From Puniceicoccales bacterium (GTDB taxonomy: Bacteria; Verrucomicrobiota; Verrucomicrobiia; Opitutales; UBA9783), in the NCBI GenBank assembly GCA_031283895.1, contig JAITAV010000024.1:10980-74979 (forward strand): a stretch of DNA of 64,000 nt. Direction: 5' to 3'. Of this stretch, positions 19,659 to 29,954 are shown piece after piece. Each line of letters starts with the position of its first letter. Positions within the stretch are counted from its first letter, which is position 1. The notes beneath the pieces were generated by a model, which did no database searches, was not told the origin of the DNA, and saw only the letters and a program-made list of their open reading frames with translations. The position numbers and the translations under genes were made by a program.

Positions 19659-20523
19659 AGGCATCATTTTGGCCGGTGGTAATGGTTCGCGTCTGTATCC
19701 ATTGACACTGGCAACCAACAAACAACTCTTTCCGCTGTACAACAAGCCGGTGCTTTATTACCCCTTAACCACCCTCATGTTGGCCGGAGTTCGGGATATT
19801 CTCATCATCTCAACGGAACGCGATCTACCTGCCATCCAAAATCTTCTGGGCACCGGAGAACAATTTGGGATTCAATGCTCCTATAAAGTACAAACAAGTC
19901 CTAGGGGATTGCCCGAAGCCTTTATTTTAGCGGAAGATTTTTTGCAAAATCAACCTTCTTTCCTAATTTTGGGAGATAACTTCTTCTATGGACATCAATT
20001 ATCATCGCTTCTAGAACAGAGCATTGCCATCACTACAGGGGCCCACCTGTTTTTACATCCCGTTGATAATCCCAGTGCCTACGGAGTCCTCGAAACCGAC
20101 GCCAATGGTTGCATTAAAGGTATCATCGAAAAACCAACAACGCTCGTGTCCAATCTAGCCATTGCGGGTTTATACATTTTTGACGAACAAGCTTCCACTT
20201 TCGCAAAACGGCTAAAACCATCCGCACGTGGAGAATTGGAGATTACGGACCTTATTAAACATTATTGGAAACAAAACCAGCTAACCTATTCAATGCTGGG
20301 CCGTGGATATGTTTGGTACGATGTTGGTACCCCTCAAGCCTTGTTGCAAGTGGGCAATTATGTGGAAATCCTTGAGACACGACAGGGCCTATTTATTGCA
20401 TCTCCCGAAGAAATCGCCCTACGATTAGGATATATTACATTGGATGACTTAAAAAAATATATCGACAAAGTCCCTCTATGCACCTATCGGTATTACCTAG
20501 AAAAGCTTATATGCAGGTCATAA
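19642..20523 (+). CDS. rfbA: glucose-1-phosphate thymidylyltransferase
   Basis: KGIILAGGNGSRLYPLT, LGDNFFYG, EKP, LEITD, GRGYVWYDVGT. Confidence 0.95.
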   Translation: MKKVSKGIILAGGNGSRLYPLTLATNKQLFPLYNKPVLYYPLTTLMLAGVRDILIISTERDLPAIQNLLGTGEQFGIQCSYKVQTSPRGLPEAFILAEDFLQNQPSFLILGDNFFYGHQLSSLLEQSIAITTGAHLFLHPVDNPSAYGVLETDANGCIKGIIEKPTTLVSNLAIAGLYIFDEQASTFAKRLKPSARGELEITDLIKHYWKQNQLTYSMLGRGYVWYDVGTPQALLQVGNYVEILETRQGLFIASPEEIALRLGYITLDDLKKYIDKVPLCTYRYYLEKLICRS

Positions 20524-21040
20524 AAACAGAATTTGAGGGTGTGTTGGTTTTCAAACCCACCGTTTTTCGAGATACACGCGGTGCATTTTATGAAAACTGG
20601 CATGAAGCAAAATATCAAGAAGCAGGTTTACATGTTCCATTTATTCAAGACGACTTTTCTATTTCAAAAAACATGTTCTCCGAGGTTTACATGGTCAACC
20701 TGGCCAAGGGCGGTTAATACAGACGGTTGTCGGAAAAGTATGGGATGTGCTAGTGGACGTACGTCCGCAGTCAAAGACTTTTAAACGTTATTTTTCTATT
20801 ATTTTGTCCGAAGACGAACCTACTCAAGTCTTTGCTCCAGCCGGGTTTATTCACGGCTTCTGCGTCTTAACTGACCAGGCTATTATGCATTACAAATCTT
20901 CAACTTACTACGATAGGACCAAAGAATTTGGTTTCCGATGGAATGATCCGGCTTTCCATATCGACTGGCCAAATGAAAATTTCATTTTAAGCACTAAAGA
21001 TTCCGAACAACCTTTTTTTGATTACCCTTATGAATTATGA
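20511..21040 (+). pseudogene. rfbC: dTDP-4-dehydrorhamnose 3,5-epimerase with a -1 frameshift in an A-run
   Basis: MQVIKTEFEGVLVFKPTVFRDTRGAFYE...FIQDDFSISK continues as HVLRGLHGQPGQGRLIQTVVGKVWDVLVDVRPQSKTF...GFIHGF...RWNDP only after shifting frame at the A6 tract 20666-20671. A7 would restore the ORF. Confidence 0.8.
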
Positions 21041-22169
21041 TAGAAATTTAGCCTCTAAGCTCACAATACTCTTGCCGCTCAAAGGGCGTCCTTTGTTTAC
21101 TTTGCGATATTTCTTGTACATGGAAGCAGTCAAGTGCCCGTTTCATATTTTCATAGCCGATGGAAGCTTGGATGAAGAAAATAAAAAAATTATAGACGAC
21201 AATAAACATCGATTTTCTCACGTATCTTTCGAATACTTACGTTATCCACCCGATAACACCACCCTTGACTTTGAACGTAAAATGGCAGACGCCTTATCAA
21301 AGATTAATACACCTTATGTCATGTGGAATGGCAATGACGATTTTCCAATCATAGGTAGTATGTTGGAATGCATTAAATTTTTAGATAAAGACGAAAAAAG
21401 CGAATTTGCTGCGTGCGGTGGACAAGTGTATCAATTTGCGATACGTGAAAATAAGCCTTTTGGAGTTATTACCCACTTTTCAAGGCAGTATAAAGAAGGT
21501 AGCATTTTGTTTTCGGATGCCAAGAGCCGCGTTTTATCGCAAATGCCATTCAAGTATCCATATATACAATATGCTATTTTACGTACAAATGTGTTTTGCA
21601 AAATTTGGCAAAAACTTGTTGAAAATAACATAACAGATTTAATGGTGAGTGAATGTTTTGTAATACGTTCTTTAATATGTAGTGGAAAATATAATGTGTT
21701 GCGTCATGCACCTTTATTCTTTCCTCAATCGTTTTCATCTGTGTGGACATCGACTTTTTTCATAAAAAAAGTATTACTTGAAAACTTTGTCAATGAACAT
21801 AAGATAACTATGCAAGTGATTGCAGAAAAAATTGTCCAATCATCTTCGTCAAATTCAACGCAAGCAAATGTTACTACTGTACAAATAGAATTAGAATCAC
21901 ATTTCGTTGATACCTTAGATCCCAAAACGCTTTGGGAATTTTTAAGATTTCAATCCATCCTAAGTTCTCAATATAGTTTACGCCTGCGCAATGTTTATCG
22001 ACTTTTCGAAAAGTACTTATCAAACCGATATTTAGCAAACTTACACAAATACAAATTGTTTGCTTTTTTGTGGTTCTTCAATCCTCAACAGGCTAAACAC
22101 GTACTTCAATCCATAAGTGCATTTCAAAAAGTGAGCAAACATCTTCCTGATGACATAAAAGATAAGTAG
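21030..22169 (+). CDS. putative GT-A-type glycosyltransferase (tentative)
   Basis: LTILLPLKGRP...IFIADGSLDEEN...NGNDDF resembles family-2-like GT-A N-terminal features. The assignment is weak. Confidence 0.45.
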   Translation: MNYDRNLASKLTILLPLKGRPLFTLRYFLYMEAVKCPFHIFIADGSLDEENKKIIDDNKHRFSHVSFEYLRYPPDNTTLDFERKMADALSKINTPYVMWNGNDDFPIIGSMLECIKFLDKDEKSEFAACGGQVYQFAIRENKPFGVITHFSRQYKEGSILFSDAKSRVLSQMPFKYPYIQYAILRTNVFCKIWQKLVENNITDLMVSECFVIRSLICSGKYNVLRHAPLFFPQSFSSVWTSTFFIKKVLLENFVNEHKITMQVIAEKIVQSSSSNSTQANVTTVQIELESHFVDTLDPKTLWEFLRFQSILSSQYSLRLRNVYRLFEKYLSNRYLANLHKYKLFAFLWFFNPQQAKHVLQSISAFQKVSKHLPDDIKDK

Positions 22170-22407
22170 GATGTGTTTAAAAATAAAAAAAGAACAAAGT
22201 ATAATATCATAAATTTATAGTTTGTTGTAAATAAGATATGCCTTAGCCTTTTTGTAGCATGAGTTAGCTTCTATAAATTATCTTTCTTTTGATAGGCAAC
22301 TTAAATCTTCGAAAATATATAGCTCTCACTCATAGAGGTTTGTTTTGCAAAATAACAAAGATGATACTTATTAGTTTGTTGTTCTAAAAAACTCATTATA
22401 TTTTTTA

Positions 22408-23841
22408 TTACCAATTCTCCAACAACTTAAATACCCACCGATACAAGTTCTTAAATTCTAGATGCGCTGCTTCTGATCTAAATTTTTCGGGTACGTAGAT
22501 GGCAAATAGATTGGCGGTGGCATTGGCAGGATTTTCTTCGTAACAAACTTGACGTCCATGATCGCCATGCAAAATAATAATGGGTGCTTGATGATTTTCG
22601 GCATGTTGGTTTATAATGTCATGAAGCATCGGTAAAACAAGTTGATTGATAGCCCGTATTTGATTTACATATCTCTTTTTAAAAACTTCTTGTTGTTCAT
22701 CTGTTGCAACGATGTTTTGTTGTTTTTGCAATAAAACCCCTTTAAAAGTTTGTTCTTGAGATATACCGCCGTTTTCATCGAAAACTAAAGGCTCGTGTGG
22801 GGATAAAATGTGTGCATAAAAATATTGATTTTGGAAACCGTAACGAGATGGACTTTCACGCAATAAGGCCAATATAGTTTTTATTTCATGGATGTGTTGT
22901 TGATAATATTTTTGGAGCATGCAGTTTTGAAAAACATGTTTTAAAAGTGTGTCACTTGTGATCGACAAAAAAGTTCTTACAAAATTACTTACTTTGAGTT
23001 CGTTCGCGGGTATGTAAGGCGAGTGGTATATACCTGCATGTTCTAACAAGTGAAGTTGATAGTTTTTTTGTAACAATGCTGGCCAAACCTCATTATAATT
23101 CAACCTATGATGAAAATATGTGTCTGTTTCTGACAATTCTTTGGAATGTTGACATCCCCAATTGAGTACAGAAGACATCGATAGGTACGTACCACCGTAA
23201 TCACTGTGTGAATCCTTTTGGCAGATAAATCCTAATTGTTCCAAAGCATTGTAAAAGTCAGAATTATCATATCCGTAAGTTTCCTTGAGAACATGATAAT
23301 TGGTATAAGCGTCTAGGATGATGTGATAAATATTTGGATATTTCGAAATATTTTGATTCTTTGTTATGGGAAGCTTTACATTTTTCACGTGAAAGCGACT
23401 CAAAACCGCTTGTACTAATAGAAAACAGCTTATGCAGATTACCCATACGTTTAAGATGCGATTCAATTTAACAAAGTTAAGCTTTTTTCGCAAAACTCGA
23501 AAAGCAAGCAATGCAACTATCCCTAGAATGAATGCGCAAATCATTGCCAAAATCCATTTGTATGTTAATATAATAGATGGAATACAATGGAATCCAATCA
23601 TACTATTGGCCAGATTCCTCGCGATAGGAATACTGTACCAAAAAAGTACCCCGCCCAAGCTGATAAGAGGCAAATAGGTGTGGTGTGTTTTTTTGCAAAT
23701 GCGTTTTAAAAATCCGCTAATGCAAGCCACTATAATGACTAAAGCAACGGCGATGGTAACGATGTGCTGCAGTGGCAATTCATCACAATTTTTTATGTAA
23801 ATCCAACATAAAGGTAAAATAGCAAAAAAATACGTGTGCAT
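22408..23841 (-). CDS. membrane-anchored alkaline-phosphatase/sulfatase-superfamily transferase (LtaS/EptA-like architecture)
   Basis: ~5 N-terminal TM helices, then PNIYHIILDAY (metal-binding Asp region) and IIILHGDHG near the C-terminus. Confidence 0.55.
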   Translation of the reverse strand: MHTYFFAILPLCWIYIKNCDELPLQHIVTIAVALVIIVACISGFLKRICKKTHHTYLPLISLGGVLFWYSIPIARNLANSMIGFHCIPSIILTYKWILAMICAFILGIVALLAFRVLRKKLNFVKLNRILNVWVICISCFLLVQAVLSRFHVKNVKLPITKNQNISKYPNIYHIILDAYTNYHVLKETYGYDNSDFYNALEQLGFICQKDSHSDYGGTYLSMSSVLNWGCQHSKELSETDTYFHHRLNYNEVWPALLQKNYQLHLLEHAGIYHSPYIPANELKVSNFVRTFLSITSDTLLKHVFQNCMLQKYYQQHIHEIKTILALLRESPSRYGFQNQYFYAHILSPHEPLVFDENGGISQEQTFKGVLLQKQQNIVATDEQQEVFKKRYVNQIRAINQLVLPMLHDIINQHAENHQAPIIILHGDHGRQVCYEENPANATANLFAIYVPEKFRSEAAHLEFKNLYRWVFKLLENW

Positions 23842-23916
23842 TTTATGATAAGCTTTTCATTTTACTTACTTGTAATACAGATTTCTTTTCCAAATAAACG
23901 CTTAAGATTGATAATC

Positions 23917-25269
23917 TTACCTCCCCACTCCAAAGGCTTCAAAACCTATGTCGCGTAAGGTTTGTAAGTTAAGTAAGTTACGGCCATCGAAAAGGAAGGC
24001 CGGTTTTTTCATCGAGTGATACAATTTCATATAATCAAGATTTTTAAACAATTCCCATTCGGTTAAAATAACGATGGCGTGGGCATCTTTGGCAGCAATG
24101 TAGGGATCGGATTCGACGGAAAAACTTTGGGGCTCAAACGTTTGCAAATTCTTACGAATGATGGATTCCGAAACTTTAGGATCGTAGATGGCCAACGTTG
24201 CCTGTTCGTGCAAAAGTTCTTCGCAGACGGTTAATGCCGGTGTTTCTCGGGTATCATTCGTATCCTTTTTAAACGCGAATCCGAAAACGGCTAATTTCTT
24301 ACCGGCCAACGTATTGAACAACGTATGAACAATTTTCTGCGAAAATCGATGTTTTTGGTATTCATTCATGATAACGACTTGCTCCCAATAATGGGCTACT
24401 TCCGGCAATCCAAAATGCTCGCACAGGTAGACCAAATTGAGCAAGTCTTTTTTGAAACAAGAGCCACCAAATCCCACCGAACTTTGCAAAAATTGTGGAC
24501 CGATGCGCGCATCAGTTCCAATGGCCACAGCCAGTTCCTCAACGTTGGCACCCGATTTTTCGCAGAGTGCCGAAAGCGCATTGATGGATGAAATGCGTTG
24601 GGCCAAAAACGCATTTGCACTCAGTTTAGACAATTCGGATGACCAAACGCTTTGCACAATAATCTTATGTTTGGGGACCCAATGTTCGTAAATGCTGGAC
24701 AAAGTCTGAACGGCCGCTTGCCCACGTTTGGTTGTCTCTCCACCGATAAGGATGCGGTCTGGATGCTTTAAATCATGGATTGCACTTCCTTCCGCCATGA
24801 ATTCAGGGTTGGACAGTACTTCAAAATGGCAACCACGGGCGTTGGAGTTCAAAATTCTGCGGATTTTTTCGGCCGTACGGACCGGAATTGTTGATTTTTC
24901 AACGATAACTTTGTCCTGGGTAGCCACCTGAGCGATACGGCGCACGGCACTTTCAATATACTTTAAATCCGATGCTTTACCGGCCCCATCGCCGTAGGTT
25001 TTAACGGGTGTATTCACCGACAAAAAAATAACATCCGAATCGGCAATTGCCTTGTCGATGTCGGTTGAAAAAAATAAATTACGTCCTCGAACGGATTGCA
25101 CGATGGTGTTGAGTCCCGGCTCATATACGGGCAGTTGGTCCGAATTCCAAGCTTGAATGCGTACTTCGTCCACGTCCACCACAAAGACATCCATTTCAGG
25201 ACACTGTTCGGCGATCACCACCATCGTTGGTCCACCGACATAACCCGCTCCAATGCTACAAATTTTCAT
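23917..25269 (-). CDS. ugd: UDP-glucose 6-dehydrogenase, long (eukaryote-like) type
   Basis: MKICSIGAGYVGGPT, NPEFMAEG, GFGGSCFKKD. Length (~450 aa) and N-terminal pattern (QAWNSDQLPVYEPGL) resemble the long UGDH group. Confidence 0.93.
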   Translation of the reverse strand: MKICSIGAGYVGGPTMVVIAEQCPEMDVFVVDVDEVRIQAWNSDQLPVYEPGLNTIVQSVRGRNLFFSTDIDKAIADSDVIFLSVNTPVKTYGDGAGKASDLKYIESAVRRIAQVATQDKVIVEKSTIPVRTAEKIRRILNSNARGCHFEVLSNPEFMAEGSAIHDLKHPDRILIGGETTKRGQAAVQTLSSIYEHWVPKHKIIVQSVWSSELSKLSANAFLAQRISSINALSALCEKSGANVEELAVAIGTDARIGPQFLQSSVGFGGSCFKKDLLNLVYLCEHFGLPEVAHYWEQVVIMNEYQKHRFSQKIVHTLFNTLAGKKLAVFGFAFKKDTNDTRETPALTVCEELLHEQATLAIYDPKVSESIIRKNLQTFEPQSFSVESDPYIAAKDAHAIVILTEWELFKNLDYMKLYHSMKKPAFLFDGRNLLNLQTLRDIGFEAFGVGR

Positions 25270-25461
25270 TCGATTGCTCTTTAAAAAAATGCTTTTGTCG
25301 CAATATGCAATCACAAATACTGAAAAAAGCCTACGATTGCTCTAAATTATGTGCAATCTTGGTCAATTAAGTAGCTTGATTTTAACCATCACTAGAAGAT
25401 TTGGGTGGACAAGTTGAGTGATATCTATTTCCATCTTAAATCCTAAGCATTAAGATTCATT

Positions 25462-26920
25462 ATGTTATTTTGCGACCCAAAGTATTTTGCAATTTTCTTA
25501 CCCATAGCGGCATTCTTATATTGGTTTTCCATAGGGAAAGGTAAATTTCGCTGGACCTTACCCCTACTGATGATTGCATCCACCGTATTTTATGCCACGT
25601 GGAGTATCAAGTTTTTCGTTCTGTTGACGTTGTCCGCTTGTATAAATTATGCCTTCGGATATTTTTTGTTGACCTATGAAAAAGAGAGGACGAACAAGCG
25701 AAAACTATTACTCATTTTAGGCATCTTATTCAACGTTGGATTGCTGGGGTACTTCAAATATTTCAATTTTTTCGTCGACAACTGCAATCACTTTTTCGGT
25801 ACCCAATGGAACATTCCTAAAATCATTCTTCCTTTGGGGGATCAGTTTTTATACTTTCCAACAACTTGCCTACCTCGTCGATGCCTACAAACGTACCGTT
25901 GCACGCTGTTCTTTGGGACAATATGTACTGTTTGTAATCTTTTTTCCGCAATTGGTTGCAGGTCCCATTGTGCATTATCAAGAAATGATCCCACAATTTG
26001 GAAAAGTACGAGTCATCGATTGGGAATCAATGTACCGTGGAATTACCATTTTTGTTATTGGATTGGCTAAAAAAATTCTTATCGCGGACACGCTTGCCAC
26101 TTACGTCCAAAACGGCTACGCACACGTGGATCAATTGGCCTTCGTAAGTGCGTGGATCGTAAGTTTATGCTACACATTTCAGCTCTATTTTGACTTTAGC
26201 GGGTACGCCGACATGGCAATCGGTTCAGGCTTGCTATTCGGCATTCGACTTCCGGAAAATTTCAATTCTCCCTACCAAGCCCTCGATATCCAAGATTTTT
26301 GGCGGCGCTGGCACATGACTCTCAGCACGTGGTTGAAAAATTACATCTACATCCCTCTCGGCGGCAGTCGTTGTTCGCAAGCACGCACATGTGTAAATTT
26401 GTTTCTCACGTTTTTTATCGGCGGCATTTGGCACGGAGCCGGCTGGGGATTTATCGTTTGGGGTACGTTGCACGGCTTGGCAACCGTTGTACACCGATTG
26501 TGGCAATTAGCGGGGATCCATTTCAGTAAACTTGCTGCGTGGCTGATCACTTTCAACTTTATCAACATTGCTTGGATATTTTTTCGAGCAGAATCATTAT
26601 CTAAAGCCACAACAGTTTTGAGAAAAATGTTTGATCTAAGTTGCCTCAATGGTGTGGATACATACACAACCTTGCGAGAGGCAAGACAGCTCATCGGCGG
26701 CACATTGTTTTCTGGAAGTCAATGTTTGCAACTTATACTTATGTGCTGTGCTCTCATTTTACTATGCCTGCGTTTCAAAAATGCTCAACGATGGACTGAG
26801 CGATTAACCCTGAGGCCATCACTTTTCAAAACATGTGTCTTAAGCTTAGTCGCATGGTTTTCATGGGCTATAATAGCTCAACACGCCGATAAAATTGAAT
26901 TTCTCTACTGGCAATTTTAG
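25462..26920 (+). pseudogene. MBOAT-family O-acyltransferase (AlgI/DltB-like) with a +1 frameshift in a G-run
   Basis: The first frame ends ...KIILPLG. The second frame continues ISFYTFQQLAYLVDAYKR...FFPQLVAGPI...RRWHMTLSTWL...YIPLGGSR...GGIWHGAGW. The shift is at G5 25836-25840; G4 would restore one ~485-aa ORF. Confidence 0.8.
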
Positions 26921-26933
26921 TTCCCCATTTTCC

Positions 26934-28103
26934 ATGCAAGCAAAACGTCAAATCATCTTCTTTATTTTGCTCAACGTATGTTTGTTTACAAGTACAGTGC
27001 TATTTAATTACGTTATCGATCCCTTCTGCATCTTTCATAAACCCATTTTTAAAAAACCGATTTTTTTAAACCACGAGGTTTTTATGAATCTTGGACAAAT
27101 TGAAATTTTTCTCAAAAAAACGGACGATTATGATACCCTTTTGATAGGGACTTCGCATACAGAAAATTTCCTTGCGGATGAAATCACCCAAGCCTTAAAA
27201 AGCAAAGGAACGCTTAAATTATGTTTAAGCGGAGGATATCCGGTTGAATTGGAAGCAATCGTACAAAAAGCGCTGACAACAGGTAAAGTAAAAAATATTG
27301 TTTGGGGATTTGAATTATGTCAGTTTATTTTACCCGCTTATACACCGCATGAAAGTCGCATATTCCCGTACCATTTGTATAAAAATAAGTTGCCATTGTT
27401 ATTTGATGCACGCGTATTAAGGACGTCCCTTAAGCTACTATTATGGCATTGCCGGCTCAAAAATATTAAATTTTCATGGCATTACAACAATACGCTCAGT
27501 TCTGTGTATTTCTATCATGATCTACCCTACATTCTTGATATGCATAAATGTTTTGTTACTCCAGATACCTTAAAGAAAAGCCAAGCAACTCGTTATCGTT
27601 ATGATATGTTTCCATGCCCAAATTGGGATGCAACTTTTTCAGCCATTGGCACGCACCTGATTCCCATTATAGAAGCACATCCTGAAATTCAATTCTACAT
27701 CCCCATAATACCCTACAGTTGGATTTATTTTATTTCCAGAGATGTTAAAAATCTGGAAAAGATTATACTTTGCCAGCGCTACTTATGTAAGCGAACTTCT
27801 GCGTTTAAGAATACACGTTTGTACGCCTTTCACACATGTCAATTCCCGCACAATTTAGCCAACTACTATAACGAAACCCATTATCACCCCGACATTAATC
27901 GTTACATGTTGTACGCAATCCAGAATGATCGACATCGATTGACGATGGAAAATTTAGAACAATACGAACAAGCAATGATTGAAAATTTAAAGGCGTTCGA
28001 AATAAAAGATGCTTATCCTCATATGGATAGCCTCGAAGATATCATACGGCAAGAAGAAGCCAAATTATCCTCTCCGAATAAGCCACTGTTGAGCCACAAA
28101 TAA
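26934..28103 (+). CDS. N-terminally anchored protein downstream of the MBOAT gene (candidate AlgJ/DltD-role partner)
   Basis: Single N-terminal TM (IIFFILLNVCLFTSTVLF). Position immediately after the MBOAT stop. No catalytic motif confidently identified. Confidence 0.4.
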   Translation: MQAKRQIIFFILLNVCLFTSTVLFNYVIDPFCIFHKPIFKKPIFLNHEVFMNLGQIEIFLKKTDDYDTLLIGTSHTENFLADEITQALKSKGTLKLCLSGGYPVELEAIVQKALTTGKVKNIVWGFELCQFILPAYTPHESRIFPYHLYKNKLPLLFDARVLRTSLKLLLWHCRLKNIKFSWHYNNTLSSVYFYHDLPYILDMHKCFVTPDTLKKSQATRYRYDMFPCPNWDATFSAIGTHLIPIIEAHPEIQFYIPIIPYSWIYFISRDVKNLEKIILCQRYLCKRTSAFKNTRLYAFHTCQFPHNLANYYNETHYHPDINRYMLYAIQNDRHRLTMENLEQYEQAMIENLKAFEIKDAYPHMDSLEDIIRQEEAKLSSPNKPLLSHK

Positions 28104-29912
28104 GTTCCACAATTGTATTTCGTGGTTACACTTGCCGGACAAGTGTTCCTGCCAAAGTTGTTTGGCTTTTGTACGATCGATGTGATTCCAAAGCAGCGTA
28201 TGTGTCTCCAAATATTGTTCCAAAGTTGAACGGAGGGACGTACGCAACGATTGGCCAAGCGGCATACCAAATCCCATCTTAGGGCGATTCCACAAGGCTT
28301 TCGGCACATAACGTTCCAACACACGCTTGAGTAAGTATTTTTTTACACCTCCTTGAAACTTGCGTACCAAAGGGATTGACCAGGCAAAATCAACCAGATT
28401 GTAATCCAAAAAAGGTGCGCGTGTTTCCAAACCAACGGCCATGCTTGCTCGATCAACTTTGCACAAAACATCATCGTGCAGGTAGGTCCGCATATCAAGG
28501 TACATGACTTGTTCGGCATTATTCTGCAGGTGTGGATGTAACCGAAACCAAGTTTTTTCCAAAATAACGGGCCTATCAAAGTAAGTCATGCTATTAAGAT
28601 ACGTGGATAAAAAATCTTTACCTCGCAAACTCTTCACCGCTTTGTGTAATTTTAAATGCAGTAGGGGACATCGCTTCGAAAGTAAACGGCTCTCTATTGT
28701 TTCAAATAATGAAAGTATAGGGATAGGCAACCATTTGCGCAGTGTATCCAACCGAGGAACCCATTTATGTCGATGATAGCCAACAAATAACTCGTCACCT
28801 CCATCGCCGCCGATGGCAACCGTGACATGTTTTTTAAATAGTTTGGAAATGAGATACGTGGACAAAGCCGACGCATCGCCAAACGGTTCGTCATATATTT
28901 GTGTAATATCATTTGCATTTTCCAATACGGCATCTGGATCGACGAACAACGTTGTGTGATCCGTTTTTAGATGCTGCGCTATTGCCTCCGCATGCTTCGA
29001 TTCATCCCACGGAGAATTTTTAAAACCGACCGTAAACGTTTTTATCGGCTGCGTACTCCGAGCTTGCATTAAAGCCACCATCAACGAAGAGTCAATTCCC
29101 CCGGACAAAAATGCCCCCACGGGAACATCGGCCAACGTACGATCATATACGGATTGCCTCAACAGACGTTCCAATGCATCCACGCATTCATTTTCGGGTA
29201 AAACTACTCTCTGTCGATCTTCCAGCGTATTGTTTAGATCAAAGTATACAGTTTCTTTTATACCAGTGGTAGTAACCATCAGATGGTGCCCCGGGAATAA
29301 TTTTCGTGCACCTTTGTAAATTGAGTAAGGGCAAGGAATATAATTGAGGCATAAGTAAAGATCCAGAGCTGTTTCATCCACCGTTCGATCAAAATCCGGC
29401 ATTGGTAATAGGGCTTTCAATTCGGAACCAAACGCGAAATATTGTCCATCAACAAAGCTGTAATAAAGCGGTTTTTCTCCAAAACGATCGCGTGCAACGT
29501 ACAAAATTTTCTCCCGCGCATCGTAAAATGCAAACGCAAACATACCGTTAATCAATGGCAATGTTTTTGATACACCCAATTGAATGCACAGCTGCAATAA
29601 AACTTCCGTATCGTTGTGCGCTTCGCAAGCAATTCCTTGATTTTTTAGATATTGAGCTAACGTTTTGTAATTGTAAATTTCACCGTTAAAAACGAGTACA
29701 TAGCGTCCATCTTCTGAGCACATGGGCTGATGACCACGAGCACTTAAATCTATAATAGCTAAACGCCGTTGCCCTAGGCCGATCGACTCTTTGAGCCAAA
29801 TGCCTTGGTCGTCTGGGCCCCGGTGTGCCAATGACCGAGTCATTGCGGTAACGGTTGTTGCCAAATCATCAACATCCGACTTAAATCGCCACAAACCCGT
29901 TACACCACACAT
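28065..29912 (-). CDS. asparagine synthase (glutamine-hydrolysing)-family amidotransferase
   Basis: N-terminal MCGVTG nucleophile, RGPDD, PP-loop FLSGGIDSS. Located in a glycan operon, i.e. WbpS-like context. Confidence 0.88.
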   Translation of the reverse strand: MCGVTGLWRFKSDVDDLATTVTAMTRSLAHRGPDDQGIWLKESIGLGQRRLAIIDLSARGHQPMCSEDGRYVLVFNGEIYNYKTLAQYLKNQGIACEAHNDTEVLLQLCIQLGVSKTLPLINGMFAFAFYDAREKILYVARDRFGEKPLYYSFVDGQYFAFGSELKALLPMPDFDRTVDETALDLYLCLNYIPCPYSIYKGARKLFPGHHLMVTTTGIKETVYFDLNNTLEDRQRVVLPENECVDALERLLRQSVYDRTLADVPVGAFLSGGIDSSLMVALMQARSTQPIKTFTVGFKNSPWDESKHAEAIAQHLKTDHTTLFVDPDAVLENANDITQIYDEPFGDASALSTYLISKLFKKHVTVAIGGDGGDELFVGYHRHKWVPRLDTLRKWLPIPILSLFETIESRLLSKRCPLLHLKLHKAVKSLRGKDFLSTYLNSMTYFDRPVILEKTWFRLHPHLQNNAEQVMYLDMRTYLHDDVLCKVDRASMAVGLETRAPFLDYNLVDFAWSIPLVRKFQGGVKKYLLKRVLERYVPKALWNRPKMGFGMPLGQSLRTSLRSTLEQYLETHTLLWNHIDRTKAKQLWQEHLSGKCNHEIQLWNLFVAQQWLIRRG

Positions 29913-29954
29913 GGAATGGAATTTTTGCAAAACAATGCGCAAACACAACTTAAA

